DNA of 64,000 nucleotides from NCBI GenBank assembly GCA_963751255.1, contig CAVVTW010000005.1, forward strand, positions 102,189 through 166,188, read 5' to 3'. This DNA comes from an uncultured Gemmatimonadales bacterium. GTDB lineage: Bacteria; Gemmatimonadota; Gemmatimonadetes; Longimicrobiales; Gaopeijiaceae. The notes under the pieces are model-generated. The model was not told the origin of the DNA. It made no database searches and worked only from the letters and a program-made list of their open reading frames with translations. This document shows positions 17,620 to 28,398 of this stretch, one piece after another. The stretch's first letter is position 1; every line of letters starts with the position of its first letter. The translations under genes were made by a program, and so were the position numbers.

Positions 17620-18861
17620 ATGACCGAAGACGTCAGTGGCCGTGCGCTCCTGAGGGAGCGGGACTACATGGTCTTCCTGACCACGCGGGCCTTCGGCGTG
17701 CTGGGCACGGTGGCGCAGAGCGTGACCATGGGGTGGCAGGTCTACGACCTGGCCAGGGTGGAGAGGGGGGTAGCGGAATCGGCGCTCTATGTCGGGTTTC
17801 TGGGGCTGGCGACGTTCCTCCCCCTCTTCTTTCTCGCCCTGCCCGCCGGCGTCGTCACCGACCGATATCCGCGAAAGATCGTCCTCCTCACCTGCTTCGC
17901 CGCCGAGGCGGTCTGTGCCGGTGTCCTCGTCTGGACCGCAGCCACCGGTATCCTCTCCGTGCACACCCTCATCGGCATCGCCTTCGCCTTCGGGATCGCC
18001 CGGGCCTTCCGCGCCCCCGCAGGTGTGGCTCTCGCCCCCATGCTGGTGCCCAGAGCCCTCCTTCCCAGGGCCATCGCCTGGAACTCCCTCGCTTCCCAGA
18101 TGGGAACCATCAGCGGCCCCGCCTTGGCCGGGTTCGTCGTGGGCCACTGGTCGTCGGCTCACTCCTACGGCGTCTCGTTGGTGTTCTACCTGGTCCCGGT
18201 TGTGGGGCTCTGGTTCGTGTCCCGGCCCACGAGGCCCGCGCAACAGGGTGGATCCCGGCTCCAACAGGTCAGGGACGGGCTCCACTACATCTGGACCGAA
18301 AAGGTGGTTCTGGGCGCCATATCGCTGGATCTCTTCGCCGTGCTCCTGGGAGGAGCGACGGCGCTCCTGCCGGTGTTCGCCCGAGACATCCTCCACGTGG
18401 GAGCGGAGGGATTCGGGCTTCTCCGGTCCGCCCCGGCGGTGGGCGCCGCCGCGGTGGCTCTGGTTCTGGCGAGCCGGCCCATCCGGACCCGGGCCGGACT
18501 TTCCATGTTCACGGGGGTGGCCATCTTCGGGGTTGCAACGATCGTGTTTGGGCTCTCACGATCGTTCCCCCTCTCCCTGGGGGCCTTGGCCATTCTGGGA
18601 GGAGCCGACATGGTCTCGGTCTACATTCGTCAAACCCTGATCCAGATTGTGACTCCCGATCCCATGCGGGGGCGGGTGGCGTCCGTGTCGTTCCTCTTCA
18701 TCGGGGCCTCCAACGAGCTGGGGGAGTTCGAGAGTGGCGTTACCGCCCGCCTCTTCGGACCGGTGCTGGCGGCGGTTCTGGGAGGCGCGGCCTCCCTTTT
18801 CGTCACCGGGCTCTGGGCTCGCCTCTTCCCTTCCCTCCGCAAGGTGGACGCGCTAGGCTGA
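17620..18861 (+). CDS. MFS transporter (EntS/MFS_3-like)
   Basis: 413 aa and intact, with ~12 hydrophobic segments. The N-terminus LLRERDYMVFLTTRAFGVLG is typical of this MFS subgroup. Confidence 0.8.
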   Translation: MTEDVSGRALLRERDYMVFLTTRAFGVLGTVAQSVTMGWQVYDLARVERGVAESALYVGFLGLATFLPLFFLALPAGVVTDRYPRKIVLLTCFAAEAVCAGVLVWTAATGILSVHTLIGIAFAFGIARAFRAPAGVALAPMLVPRALLPRAIAWNSLASQMGTISGPALAGFVVGHWSSAHSYGVSLVFYLVPVVGLWFVSRPTRPAQQGGSRLQQVRDGLHYIWTEKVVLGAISLDLFAVLLGGATALLPVFARDILHVGAEGFGLLRSAPAVGAAAVALVLASRPIRTRAGLSMFTGVAIFGVATIVFGLSRSFPLSLGALAILGGADMVSVYIRQTLIQIVTPDPMRGRVASVSFLFIGASNELGEFESGVTARLFGPVLAAVLGGAASLFVTGLWARLFPSLRKVDALG

Positions 18862-18864
18862 GGC

Positions 18865-19713
18865 ATGAGGATCGTGCTCGTGGGAGTGGTCGCGGCATTC
18901 CTCGGGGCTTGCGCTCGGGAGGCGCCCGCACCCGCCGGTGCACCAACCGAGGCGGCGAGAGAGGCGCCGGGACCGGAGGAGGCTCCGGGCCAGGCACCGG
19001 GCGAATCGTCGGAGGGAGGCGCGCTGGCCCGGAGCCGGCAGCATCTCCTCGTGATCACCGAGGCCCCAAATGAGGTCGAGGGGACGCTGCACCGGATGGA
19101 GAGGGTGGGCGGAGCCGAAGGAGGACGGGGGAGGCCAGGGTCCGGGTCGGGAAACGCCTCATGGAGGCAGGTCGGCCCTTCCCTCCCGGTCGTCGTCGGC
19201 CGGAGCGGCATCGGGCCCAAGCGCGAGGGAGACGGCCGCTCCCCCCAGGGCGTGTTCGAGTTGGGACCGGTGTTCGGGTACGCACCCGAGCCCCCACCCG
19301 GCGTGACACTCCCCTACCAGCCCATGTCCGCCGGCTCGGTTTGCGTGGACGATCCGGCCTCCGTCCACTACAACGAGGTCTTCGACGCCGATACGCTCAC
19401 GGGCGATACGGACTGGACCACCTACGAAGACATGCGCCGGGACCTCGCCGACGGGGACGACCTTTACAAGTGGGGCCTCGTGGTCCACTACAACCTGCCC
19501 CCTGAGCCAGGGGCCGGATCCTGCATCTTTCTTCACGTGTGGCGGGCCGCGGGCAGCCCCACGTCCGGGTGCACCGCCATGACCGAGGACCGCCTCCTTG
19601 CCGTCCTGCGGTGGCTCGACCCACAGGCCCAGCCCGTTCTGGTGCAGGGCACCCGAGCCTATCTCGACAGCCTGCGCCTGGACGGCGGTCTACCCTATCC
19701 CGTGCCGCGGTAG
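18865..19713 (+). CDS. L,D-transpeptidase (YkuD-fold) lipoprotein
   Basis: Lipobox is FLGAC. The catalytic context is GSCIFLHVWRAAGSPTSGCTAM (H...SxGC). It starts 4 nt after the MFS stop. Confidence 0.75.
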   Translation: MRIVLVGVVAAFLGACAREAPAPAGAPTEAAREAPGPEEAPGQAPGESSEGGALARSRQHLLVITEAPNEVEGTLHRMERVGGAEGGRGRPGSGSGNASWRQVGPSLPVVVGRSGIGPKREGDGRSPQGVFELGPVFGYAPEPPPGVTLPYQPMSAGSVCVDDPASVHYNEVFDADTLTGDTDWTTYEDMRRDLADGDDLYKWGLVVHYNLPPEPGAGSCIFLHVWRAAGSPTSGCTAMTEDRLLAVLRWLDPQAQPVLVQGTRAYLDSLRLDGGLPYPVPR

Positions 19714-19753
19714 ATACGACCGGCTCCATCCCACCCCGCCACGCACCCCGCCC

Positions 19754-22700
19754 TCAGCCCACTACACACCCCTCGGGCCGGCCGCATCCGGGGTCCAGGG
19801 GGGCCAGATTGAGTCGCCGGAGCTCGGCGTTCACGGCCGGCAGCTCGGTGGACCAGATCTGCTCCAGCCGATCCGTGTACCCCTTCAGCTCCGTCACCAG
19901 GATGTCGAAGATCTCGGGCATCATGTTCCCGGGCCGACCGTCGCCCCGTTCGTTCATGGCCAGAAGGTTGGCCAGACGGTTGTTGACCTTGATGGGAAAG
20001 TTCAAAGGGTCCTGGCCGCTCTGGTTGCGAACCTGGTAAATGTTCTCCTCCACGGCAGAGAGGTCGGTGCCCAGCCGACGTCCGAGCTCCCCCAACCGGG
20101 CATCATCGGATCGGCCGTACCGGTCCTCCAGCTGGTCCTTCACCCGGCGTATTGCGATGACCGCCTCGTTGGCTTCCGTCACCTTGTCCCGGACCCGAAC
20201 CGAGAACTCGTACTGGGCGTGGAGGTCGGCATCGGTGACGTCCGTGATGAGGGGATTCCGCTCCACCTTCAGGGGAGCGGTGGCCGTCTCGCCGTCCGCC
20301 GTGAGGCGCAGTGTGTATTGTCCCGGTGGCACGGCGGGACCTTGGGATCGGGCACCCCAGAAGATCATCCCTGGGAAGGTCACGTACCCCTCGGTCCGGA
20401 GGTCCCAGGTGATGTGGTTGAGCCCTGGCTCGTCGGGCAGGGACGCCGCGCCTCCGCCGACGCCGCCATAGCCTCCCCCGCCCTGCCCACCCGGCTCCTC
20501 GCGAGGACTGGCCTCGAAGGTGCGTAGCACGGCTCCGGAGCCGTCCAGGATCTCCAGTCTCGCCTCGTCCGCCCCGTTGACCAACCACCAGCTCAGGGTC
20601 ACGCCCGGCCCCGATCGAAGGGCCGTGGGAGGCGTGAACAAAACCACATCGCTGGCGGTAGTCTCGGGCGTCAGCTGCCGCAGGGGCGCAATATTGTCCA
20701 GGACCCAGAACCCCCGCCCGTGCGACGCCATGACCAGCTCATTCTTCTCCACGACCAGGTCTACCACCGGAATGTCGGGGAAGTTGGGATCCAGGGGCTG
20801 CCATTGCGCCGCATCGTCGTAGGAGATGTAAACACCGTGCTGGGTCCCGGCGTAGAGGAGCCCCTGTCGCTCGGATCCTCCCGGACCACGTGGACGTAGG
20901 CGTCGCCCCGAATCCCGTTCACGGCGTTCGTCCAGCTCCTGCCGAAGTCGTGAGTGACGAAGATGTAGGGTGCCTTGTCGTCCAGGAGGGGTCTCTTTAC
21001 CGCCACGTACGCCGTACCGGCGTCGAAGGCCGACGCGTCGATCTGGCTCACCCGCCCGAAGTCGGGCATGTCGGGCGGCGTGACGTCGGTCCAGGTGGTC
21101 CCCGCCGTCCCGAGTTACGTGGATCAGCCCGTCATCGGAGCCGGTCCAGATGACGTCCATGTCCACTTTGCCCGGTCCCACCGAGAAGATGGTGGCGTAC
21201 ACCTCGGGGCCATTCATGTCGTGGGTGATGCGGCCCCCCGACGGTCCCATCGTGCTGGGGTCGTGCCGGGTGAGGTCTCCGCTGAGGGCGGTCCAGTTCT
21301 TGCCTCCGTCTGTGGTGCTCCAGAGCCGCTGGGAGGACGTGTAGAGCGTATGGGGGTCCAACGGGGAGAAGAGGATGGGGAAGGTCCACTGCCAGCGCTC
21401 CCGGATCTCGCTGGAAGGCTCTCCGGAGTAGAACCACGGATAGGGGTTCACCTCCCGGTGCGTCTCGATGCGCCGGTTGTACTTGTCGATGTAGCCGCCG
21501 TTGTTGGTGCCCGAGTAGTAGAGGTCGATGTCCAGGGGATCCGGGCGCGATGTAGCCCGGCTCGCCGCCGCCCACCTGGTATGCCACCTCCATGGCGCCC
21601 GGCGGTGATGTCCTCGCCGCCCCCGCCTCCGCCACCCCGTCGCCGGCCTCCTCCGAAGCCGTAGGCCGAAGCGTTCCAGTCGTAGGGGATGCAGAGGGTG
21701 CTGTTGTCCTGCTGGGCGCCGCACACGTGGTAGGGAATGTGCGCGGTGGTGATGACGTGGTAGAACTGGGCCGTGGAGTAATCCTCGTCGGTCCAGCTCT
21801 CCCCGGTGTCGGTGGTCACCGCACCGCCTCCGTCGTTGCCCACCACCATGTGGGAGGGATCGTCGGGGTCGATCCATAGGTCGTGGAAGTCTCCGTGGGT
21901 CCCGTTGTTGATGGACTGGGTGGTCGCGCCCCCGTCGTCCGAGCGGAAGAGGCTGGTGTTCTCCATGTAGACCACGTCGGGGTCCCGGGTGTCGGCGAAG
22001 ACGTGCGTGTAGTAGAAGGCTCGCTGCCGGATGGCGCGGTTGTCGTTGACCAGGCTCCAGGTGGCGCCGGCGTCGTCGCTCCGGAAGAGACCGCCGTTGT
22101 CGTTCTCCACCAGGGCGTAGACGCGGTTCGAGTCGGCGCCGGAGACCGACACGCCGATGCGGCCGATAAGGCCCTCCTGGGGCATGCCCGGGTTCCGGGT
22201 GATCTCGGTCCAGGTCTCGCCGCCGTCGGTGCTCTTGAAGAGGCCGCTACCCGGTCCGCCGCTGGACATCTGGTACTCCTTCCGGTAGGCCTCCCAGAGC
22301 GCGGCGTAGACCACCTGGGGATTGTTCCGGTCGATGCTGATGTCCACCGCCCCTGTCCTGTCGTCCCGGTAGAGGACCTTGCGCCAGGTGTTCCCCCCGT
22401 CGGTGCTCTTGAAGACCCCTCGCTCCTCGCTGGGCACCGCATACTTCCCGAAGGCCGCAACGAAGATGACGTCAGGGTTGGTGGGGTCGATGCGGATCTT
22501 GGAGATGGCGTCGGAATCGCGGAAGCCCAAGTGTTCCCAGGTGTCCCCTCCGTCTTTGCTCCGGTACACGCCGTCCCCGGGCATGATGTTGCCCCGGATG
22601 CAGCTCTCGCCCGTCCCGATGAGGACCAGATCCGGGTTGGTCTCGCTCACCGCCACCGCCCCCACGGAAGCCGAGGTGATCTGGAAATCGGTGACGGGCC

Positions 22701-23043
22701 GCCAGGTCTCGCCCCTATCCGTCGTCTTCCACAGGCCCCCACCCGTAGCGCCGAAGTACGCCTCCTCCGGCCGCCCCTTCACGCCGGTCACGGCGATGGA
22801 ACGCCCCCCTCGGTCGGGGCCCAGGTTCCGCCAGCGGTACCCGGCCAGGAAGGCCGAGTCCAGGACCACGGACTCCTGGGCGGCAAGGCGCGAAATGGAG
22901 ACGGGCAGAGGCGCCGCCGCCAATGACAAGCCCAGAACGGAGAGGGCCACCACGAAGGACCCGGGAAGCAGACGGGTTTGGGCGGCGGGGGCGCCCGCGG
23001 TGGACGCGGGCACCGATGAGGAGGCACAGCACGACGGTTTCAT
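19754..23043 (-). CDS. Second BNR/Asp-box sortilin-like propeller protein (~1095 aa), four frameshifts
   Basis: Asp-boxes include TTDRGETW, SKDGGDTW, STDGGNTW, STDGGETW, SDDAGATW and TTDGGKNW. Frame changes occur near 21597, 21542 and 21101 (extra base each) and 20868 (missing base). It is split over ORFs 21448-23043, 21132-21635, 19754-21877 and 20761-21069. Confidence 0.75.
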
Positions 23044-23284
23044 GGGTCGACCCGGGACGGGAGCAAGAGCGGTATCACCGACGGCAATGTGAAGAACTTA
23101 GACGAAGAGCGTTTGCCGCGCACGTGAAGGTAGAACCGGGAGCGCGGAGACCACGGCACGAAGAGCGCGGCCTCCTTGCCAGGGGGACATGCGTCGCCTA
23201 CCCTCCCCTTCCCCATCAAGGGGCCCACTGTTCCCGCCCAAGAGGGAACAGGCTTCTCACTCGAGACACAAGGAGTGGCAAGGT

Positions 23285-26074
23285 ATGTCCGGCTCCCGTC
23301 TGGCGTCGTCTTTCCTGGGACGGACCGTGTTGGTGACCGTCCTCGGTGCGCTCTCCGTCGCCCTTCCGGCCCCTCAGGCCGCGTTCGTTCTTCGGGCCCA
23401 GGAATCGGTATTGGAGACCCGGAACCCGAACCAGGCTCAGGACGAGGACTTCGCTCGGGCCGTGGCGGAATGGACCACCATGCCCGAGTTCATGAGTCCT
23501 CTCGTGGACCACCTGCCCCTGGTGGAGGGCGTGCCCACACCCAAAGAGGTGCTGGGCTACCACATCGGGGCCCCGAAGAAGCTCACTTACTACGAGGATA
23601 TCCTTCGCTACTACCAGGCGCTGGCGGACGCGTCGCCGCGGGTGCGCGTCATGTCCATCGGCGCCACCGACGAGGGGCGAGAAGCCGTCGTCGTCTTCGT
23701 GGGCTCGGAGGAGTCCATCAGTAACCTCGATCGATACCGGGAGGACCTGGCGAAGCTGGCCGATCCGCGAGGCCTGACCGAGGAAGAGGCCCACCAGGTC
23801 ATCGCCGACGCCAAGCCCCTCTACCATGTAATGGGGGGGCTCCACAGTGGCGAGACCGGGCCGCCGGAGATGCTCATGGAGCTGGCGTACCGCCTCGCCA
23901 CCGAGGACTCTCCCCTCGTCCGACAGATTCGCGACAACGTCATCGTGTCCATCACCCCTGTCGCGGAGCCCGACGGACGGGACCGATACGTGGACTGGTA
24001 CTACCGCTACCTCGTCGACGTCGAGGACGAGGACGCCCGGATCCCAGGGCCGCCGTACTGGGGCAAGTACGTCCTCCATGACAACAACCGGGACATCAAC
24101 TTCTCCCAGATCACGATGAGGACGCTCCTGGACTGGTACCTCGACTGGCACCCGCCCATCATGCACGACCTGCACGAGTCCATCCCGTTCATGTACGACT
24201 ACAGCGGAGCGGCCCCCCAGAACCCCGACCTGGATCCCATCCTGTTCGGCGAGTTGCCCTGGTATGCCAACTACGAGATGGCCCAGATGATCAAGTACGG
24301 GATGCCCGGAGTCTGGACCCATGCCTTCATGGACGCCTGGTCCCCGGGCTATCTCGGGTCCATGGCGTATAACCACAACGGCCTGATGAGGATGTACGAG
24401 ACCTTCGGAAACGGGGGAGCCACCACCATGAAGCGGGACCTGGGCGGGGGCGGCGGCCGCACATCCCGGGAATGGTACCGTCCTCTACCACCGTACGACT
24501 CGGTCCAATGGTCCATCCGAAACAACACGAACTACATGGAGACCGGTGTCCTGCTGGGGCTACAGCTCACCTCCGCGTTCCCCAAGGTGGTCCTGGAGAA
24601 CTTCTATCTGAAGAGCCGTCACTCCCTCGAGGAGGGCGAGAGCGAGGCCCCCTACGCCTACGTCCTGCCGGCCGGGCAGCGGGACATGACGCGGGTGGCC
24701 GGGCTGGTGAACATTCTCCGGCTCCAGGGCATCGAGGTGGGCCGCGCCACCCGACCGATCCAGCTGGAGAGCGACAGCTTCCCCGAAGGTTCATACGTCG
24801 TCAAGCGGAACCAACCCTACGGCCGCTTGGCCCACATTCTCCTGCAGATCCAGGATTTCCCCGACCCGAGCCTCCGGACGTACGACGACAGCGGCTGGAC
24901 CATGGGGCTCATGTTCCAGACCGAGGTGGTTCCGGTGGACGACAAGGCCATCCTGGACGCCAGGGTCTCCTCCGTGGACCAGGTGAATCTGGAGGGGACA
25001 GTCGCCGGTAACGGCTCACCCGCCTTCTACGCGGTGGCCCACTTCGGCTCCACGAACATGATCACGCTGCGCTACCGTCTAAAGGACCTGGACGTAAAGG
25101 CGGTGGAAGCGTCCTTCGATGCCGCCGGCACGGAAATGCCCGGAGGCTCCTTCATCATCCCCGCCACGGGAGCCGCCGATCGGATTCGCGCCGCCGTGGA
25201 GGAGCTGGGACTCACGGCAGTGGGGCTCGCGACGGAGCCGGATGTGCCCATGCACGAGCTGGACCTTCCGCGCATCGCCATGTTCAGCATGTGGGGGAGC
25301 ACGCAGGAGGTCGGGTGGGTGCGGTACTCCTTCGACCGGTTCGCGATCCCCTACGACCTCATCTTCAAGGAGCGTGTGCGACGGGGAAATCTCAGGGCGG
25401 ACTATGATGTCATCGTCATGCCGAGCCAGGGCCGGGACGGAAAGAGCATCGTGTTCGGCATCACGCCCGTGGACGAGCCCATCGCCTACACGAGGACCGA
25501 GGAGTATCCGAACCTCGGAATGTACGGCTCCTCTGACGACATCACGGGAGGCATGGGCCTGGAGGGCATCGTCGAGCTCCAGGATTTCCTGAGGGAGGGG
25601 GGGCTCCTGATCACGCTGGGCAATGCCACGAGCCTCCCGCCTGACTTCGGGCTGGCCCGGGATCTGAGCGCCACCCGGACCTCGGGGACCTTCTACGCCC
25701 CCAGGCCCATCGTCGAGGCCGAGATTCTCAAACCTGAGCACCCGCTCTTCTATGGGTACTCGGACACCACCATCCCGATCAAGTACTCCAACGGCCCGCT
25801 CCTCCAGGTACGGGACGAGGACGAAGACAACGTGGTGATGATGCAGTTCGTGGGGGGCCAGGGGGCCGTCCTCAGCGGGCTCATGAACGGAGCGGACCAG
25901 ATCAGGGACCGGCCCGCCATCGTGAACATGCCCGTGGGCCAGGGCCGCCTGCTCATGTTCTCCACCAACCCGGTCTACCGGTGGCAGAACCACGGTGAGT
26001 TCAACATGGTCTTCAACGCTCTGATGAACTACGACGACCTGGAGGTGGCCCCAGGCTCCCCGAGCGAGGGCTGA
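23285..26074 (+). CDS. Large M14-family metallopeptidase-like secreted protein (intact)
   Basis: 929 aa from ATG 23285 (RBS AAGGAG) with a signal peptide. Motifs are GGLHSGETG (HxxE), HDNNRDIN and HDLHES. Confidence 0.8.
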   Translation: MSGSRLASSFLGRTVLVTVLGALSVALPAPQAAFVLRAQESVLETRNPNQAQDEDFARAVAEWTTMPEFMSPLVDHLPLVEGVPTPKEVLGYHIGAPKKLTYYEDILRYYQALADASPRVRVMSIGATDEGREAVVVFVGSEESISNLDRYREDLAKLADPRGLTEEEAHQVIADAKPLYHVMGGLHSGETGPPEMLMELAYRLATEDSPLVRQIRDNVIVSITPVAEPDGRDRYVDWYYRYLVDVEDEDARIPGPPYWGKYVLHDNNRDINFSQITMRTLLDWYLDWHPPIMHDLHESIPFMYDYSGAAPQNPDLDPILFGELPWYANYEMAQMIKYGMPGVWTHAFMDAWSPGYLGSMAYNHNGLMRMYETFGNGGATTMKRDLGGGGGRTSREWYRPLPPYDSVQWSIRNNTNYMETGVLLGLQLTSAFPKVVLENFYLKSRHSLEEGESEAPYAYVLPAGQRDMTRVAGLVNILRLQGIEVGRATRPIQLESDSFPEGSYVVKRNQPYGRLAHILLQIQDFPDPSLRTYDDSGWTMGLMFQTEVVPVDDKAILDARVSSVDQVNLEGTVAGNGSPAFYAVAHFGSTNMITLRYRLKDLDVKAVEASFDAAGTEMPGGSFIIPATGAADRIRAAVEELGLTAVGLATEPDVPMHELDLPRIAMFSMWGSTQEVGWVRYSFDRFAIPYDLIFKERVRRGNLRADYDVIVMPSQGRDGKSIVFGITPVDEPIAYTRTEEYPNLGMYGSSDDITGGMGLEGIVELQDFLREGGLLITLGNATSLPPDFGLARDLSATRTSGTFYAPRPIVEAEILKPEHPLFYGYSDTTIPIKYSNGPLLQVRDEDEDNVVMMQFVGGQGAVLSGLMNGADQIRDRPAIVNMPVGQGRLLMFSTNPVYRWQNHGEFNMVFNALMNYDDLEVAPGSPSEG

Positions 26075-26109
26075 GGGTCAGGATTCCGCTGAGGCAACGC
26101 GAGAGGACG

Positions 26110-26133
26110 CCGGAGGGCACCCCCGCCCTCCGG
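26110..26133. terminator. Perfect 9-bp GC hairpin between convergent genes
   Basis: CCGGAGGGC-ACCCCC-GCCCTCCGG, abutting the cfa stop (26135-26137) and 36 nt after the M14-like stop. Confidence 0.5.
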
Positions 26134-26134
26134 C

Positions 26135-27250
26135 CTACCGGATGGCCGGGTATCCTCCCACCGCGCCCCGGGGACTGAAGACGACCTGCCAGAGCTGGAT
26201 CCCTCTGGAACGGAAGGCTCCGGCAGAGGTGAGGAGGTAGTAGCGCCACATGCGGTAGAACCGCTCTCCGTACCGGGACCCGAGCCGAGGCCAAGCGTTC
26301 TCGAAGTTCTCCCACCAGGCGAGAAGGGTCCGGTCGTAGTGCTCGCCAAAGGAGTGCCAATCCTCCAGCACGAACCGGCCCTCGGCGGCCCGAGCGATCT
26401 GAGAAGGGCTCGGGAGCTGCCCGTTGGGAAAGATGTACCGATCCGTCCAGCGATTGGTGGAGGCCGACGGCGTGTTCTTGCCGATGGTGTGGAGAAGGAA
26501 GAGCCCGTCCTCCGCCAGGCAGCGGCGCACTACGGAGAAGAAGCGTCGGTAGTTCTTCTCCCCCACATGCTCGAACATCCCCACGGATACGACCCGATCG
26601 AAGTCCCCCTCCACCTTGCGGTAGTCCAGGAGCCGCACCTCCACCGGTAGGCCCCGCGTCGCCTCCTGGGCGTAGGACGCCTGCTCCTCGCTGATGGTAA
26701 CGCCCAGCACGGAAACCCCGTACCTCTCCGCGGCGTACCGTGCCCACCCGCCCCATCCGCATCCGATGTCCAGAACCCGCATTCCCTCCCTCAGCCCGAG
26801 CTTCCGACAGATAAGGTCCATCTTCCGTTCCTGGGCCTCGGCCAGGGTCGCCCCCTCCTCCCAGTACGCGCAGCTATACTGCAGATAAGGATCGAGCATT
26901 GCCTGGAAGAGATCGTTCCCCAGGTCGTAGTGCTTTCTCCCTACCTGACCGGCCCTCCTCGGCGACTGGCGATTGAAGAGTCTCGCCCTCAAACCGTGCC
27001 AGACCACGGGCAGGTTCGGGCGAAGCTCGTGCTCGAGATCCGCTCGGAGGATCCGGTCGGTCAACTGGTCGATGCGCTCGCAATCCCACCACCCGTCCAT
27101 GTACGCCTCGCCGAGGCCCAGTGCACCCTGAGCCAGCACTCGAGAGTAGAATCGGTCGTCGTAAACGCACAGGTCCCGCGGGTCGCCGCCGTTGGTGCCG
27201 ATGGAGGCGCTTCCCAGGAGGGCTTGGATGGTGTCTCGGGCAGGTGGCAT
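26135..27250 (-). CDS. cfa: Cyclopropane-fatty-acyl-phospholipid synthase
   Basis: 371 aa with HYDLGNDLF, SCAYW, the SAM motif VLDIGCGWGG, and the FEHVG...IFPNG...LP tail typical of Cfa/mycolic-acid methyltransferases. Confidence 0.9.
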   Translation of the reverse strand: MPPARDTIQALLGSASIGTNGGDPRDLCVYDDRFYSRVLAQGALGLGEAYMDGWWDCERIDQLTDRILRADLEHELRPNLPVVWHGLRARLFNRQSPRRAGQVGRKHYDLGNDLFQAMLDPYLQYSCAYWEEGATLAEAQERKMDLICRKLGLREGMRVLDIGCGWGGWARYAAERYGVSVLGVTISEEQASYAQEATRGLPVEVRLLDYRKVEGDFDRVVSVGMFEHVGEKNYRRFFSVVRRCLAEDGLFLLHTIGKNTPSASTNRWTDRYIFPNGQLPSPSQIARAAEGRFVLEDWHSFGEHYDRTLLAWWENFENAWPRLGSRYGERFYRMWRYYLLTSAGAFRSRGIQLWQVVFSPRGAVGGYPAIR

Positions 27251-27639
27251 GGTGGATTCTCCGGTCCAGTTCAGGAGGATGGGCCCTCCTTCTCCCGGTC
27301 ATCATCCCATACGCGTCCCTACACCACTGGGGCGAGTTTGCTCTTCCTTTCCCGGCCAGCGCAAGGGAAGGCGCCCAGGAGGCGCTCGGCTCCTCCCTTC
27401 ACCGGACTTCTTCAACCCTGAAAAGATAGATCGAAAGATGTGCCTTCCGCTTGTGCCGAGATCCATTCAAGACCTCCCCCGCTCCCCCTAGCTTATTCGT
27501 ACGGCGCAATCATGAGAAGACGTGACGACAAGCTTCTCTTCGGCGTCCGGCAGGTCTCCGGGCGACGAAGGCACCGGGAGATGCTCAACGGTGCTTTCAG
27601 CGGCAAACGAAGACCAGCAAGAAATGGAGGGAGAATAAA

Positions 27640-28359
27640 ATGGCTAGCAGAATTCAGACGTATACGCAGGAGGATCAGCAGCAAGGAACGCCGGCGCAGC
27701 CTCGTCCCCAGTATGGCAACGGGGCCATCTCGGCGAGTACCGTGCATGAGTTGGAGGGCGGATCGTTCGCCGAGACCATCGCCGGTGCCGGGGGAGTGAC
27801 CCTGGCTATCCTGGCGATCATCGGTGTCTTGCCCATGGTGTTGGGCTCCATCGCGGTCATCGCGGTTGGGGTCGGTCTGTTCCTGGGCGGTGGATCCATT
27901 GCCGCCCGTTCGGCACAGCTCGAGAAGGGGCCCGGAGGCAAGCAAGCTCGCCGGCAGATCATGGCCGGCCTGGGGATGGAGGCGCTTGCCGGCGCGAGTG
28001 GAGCCGTTCTCGGACTCCTGGCGCTGCTCGGAATCAGTTCCCTCACCCTCATGGGTGTCGCGGCCATCGTCCTGGGCGGTGCGCTCCTGCTCGCGAGCGC
28101 GGCCACGGCCCGCCTGGAGACTGACCTGTCGCGGATGACCTCGAGCGAGGCACCGCACCAGACATCGCATGAGGCAGTCAGTCTCGCCGCCGGATCGGAC
28201 TTTCTGGTGGGAGCCGGCGCGATCGTCCTGGGCATCCTGTCCCTGACGGGTTGGGCTCCGCTCACGCTGGCGTTGGTGGCAATGCTCGGCGTCGGCGCCG
28301 CCGGTATGCTGAACGGTTCGGCGCTGGCCGTGCGGTTCTTCGCCATGTTCGGCTATTGA
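27640..28359 (+). CDS. Uncharacterised membrane protein built from three tandem Gly/Ala-rich TM-hairpin repeats
   Basis: 239 aa. RBS GGAGGGAG lies before ATG 27640. See the finding for this gene. Confidence 0.6.
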   Translation: MASRIQTYTQEDQQQGTPAQPRPQYGNGAISASTVHELEGGSFAETIAGAGGVTLAILAIIGVLPMVLGSIAVIAVGVGLFLGGGSIAARSAQLEKGPGGKQARRQIMAGLGMEALAGASGAVLGLLALLGISSLTLMGVAAIVLGGALLLASAATARLETDLSRMTSSEAPHQTSHEAVSLAAGSDFLVGAGAIVLGILSLTGWAPLTLALVAMLGVGAAGMLNGSALAVRFFAMFGY

Positions 28360-28398
28360 TCCCGACCCGGGCTCCGTGACTGCAGTCACCTGGCCCTA

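Noticed and set aside
27251-27639. A known riboswitch in the long cfa/repeat-protein intergenic region
   Set aside because: I could not recognise any conserved riboswitch core and saw only short local hairpins. It is left as an unassigned leader rather than a called RNA element.
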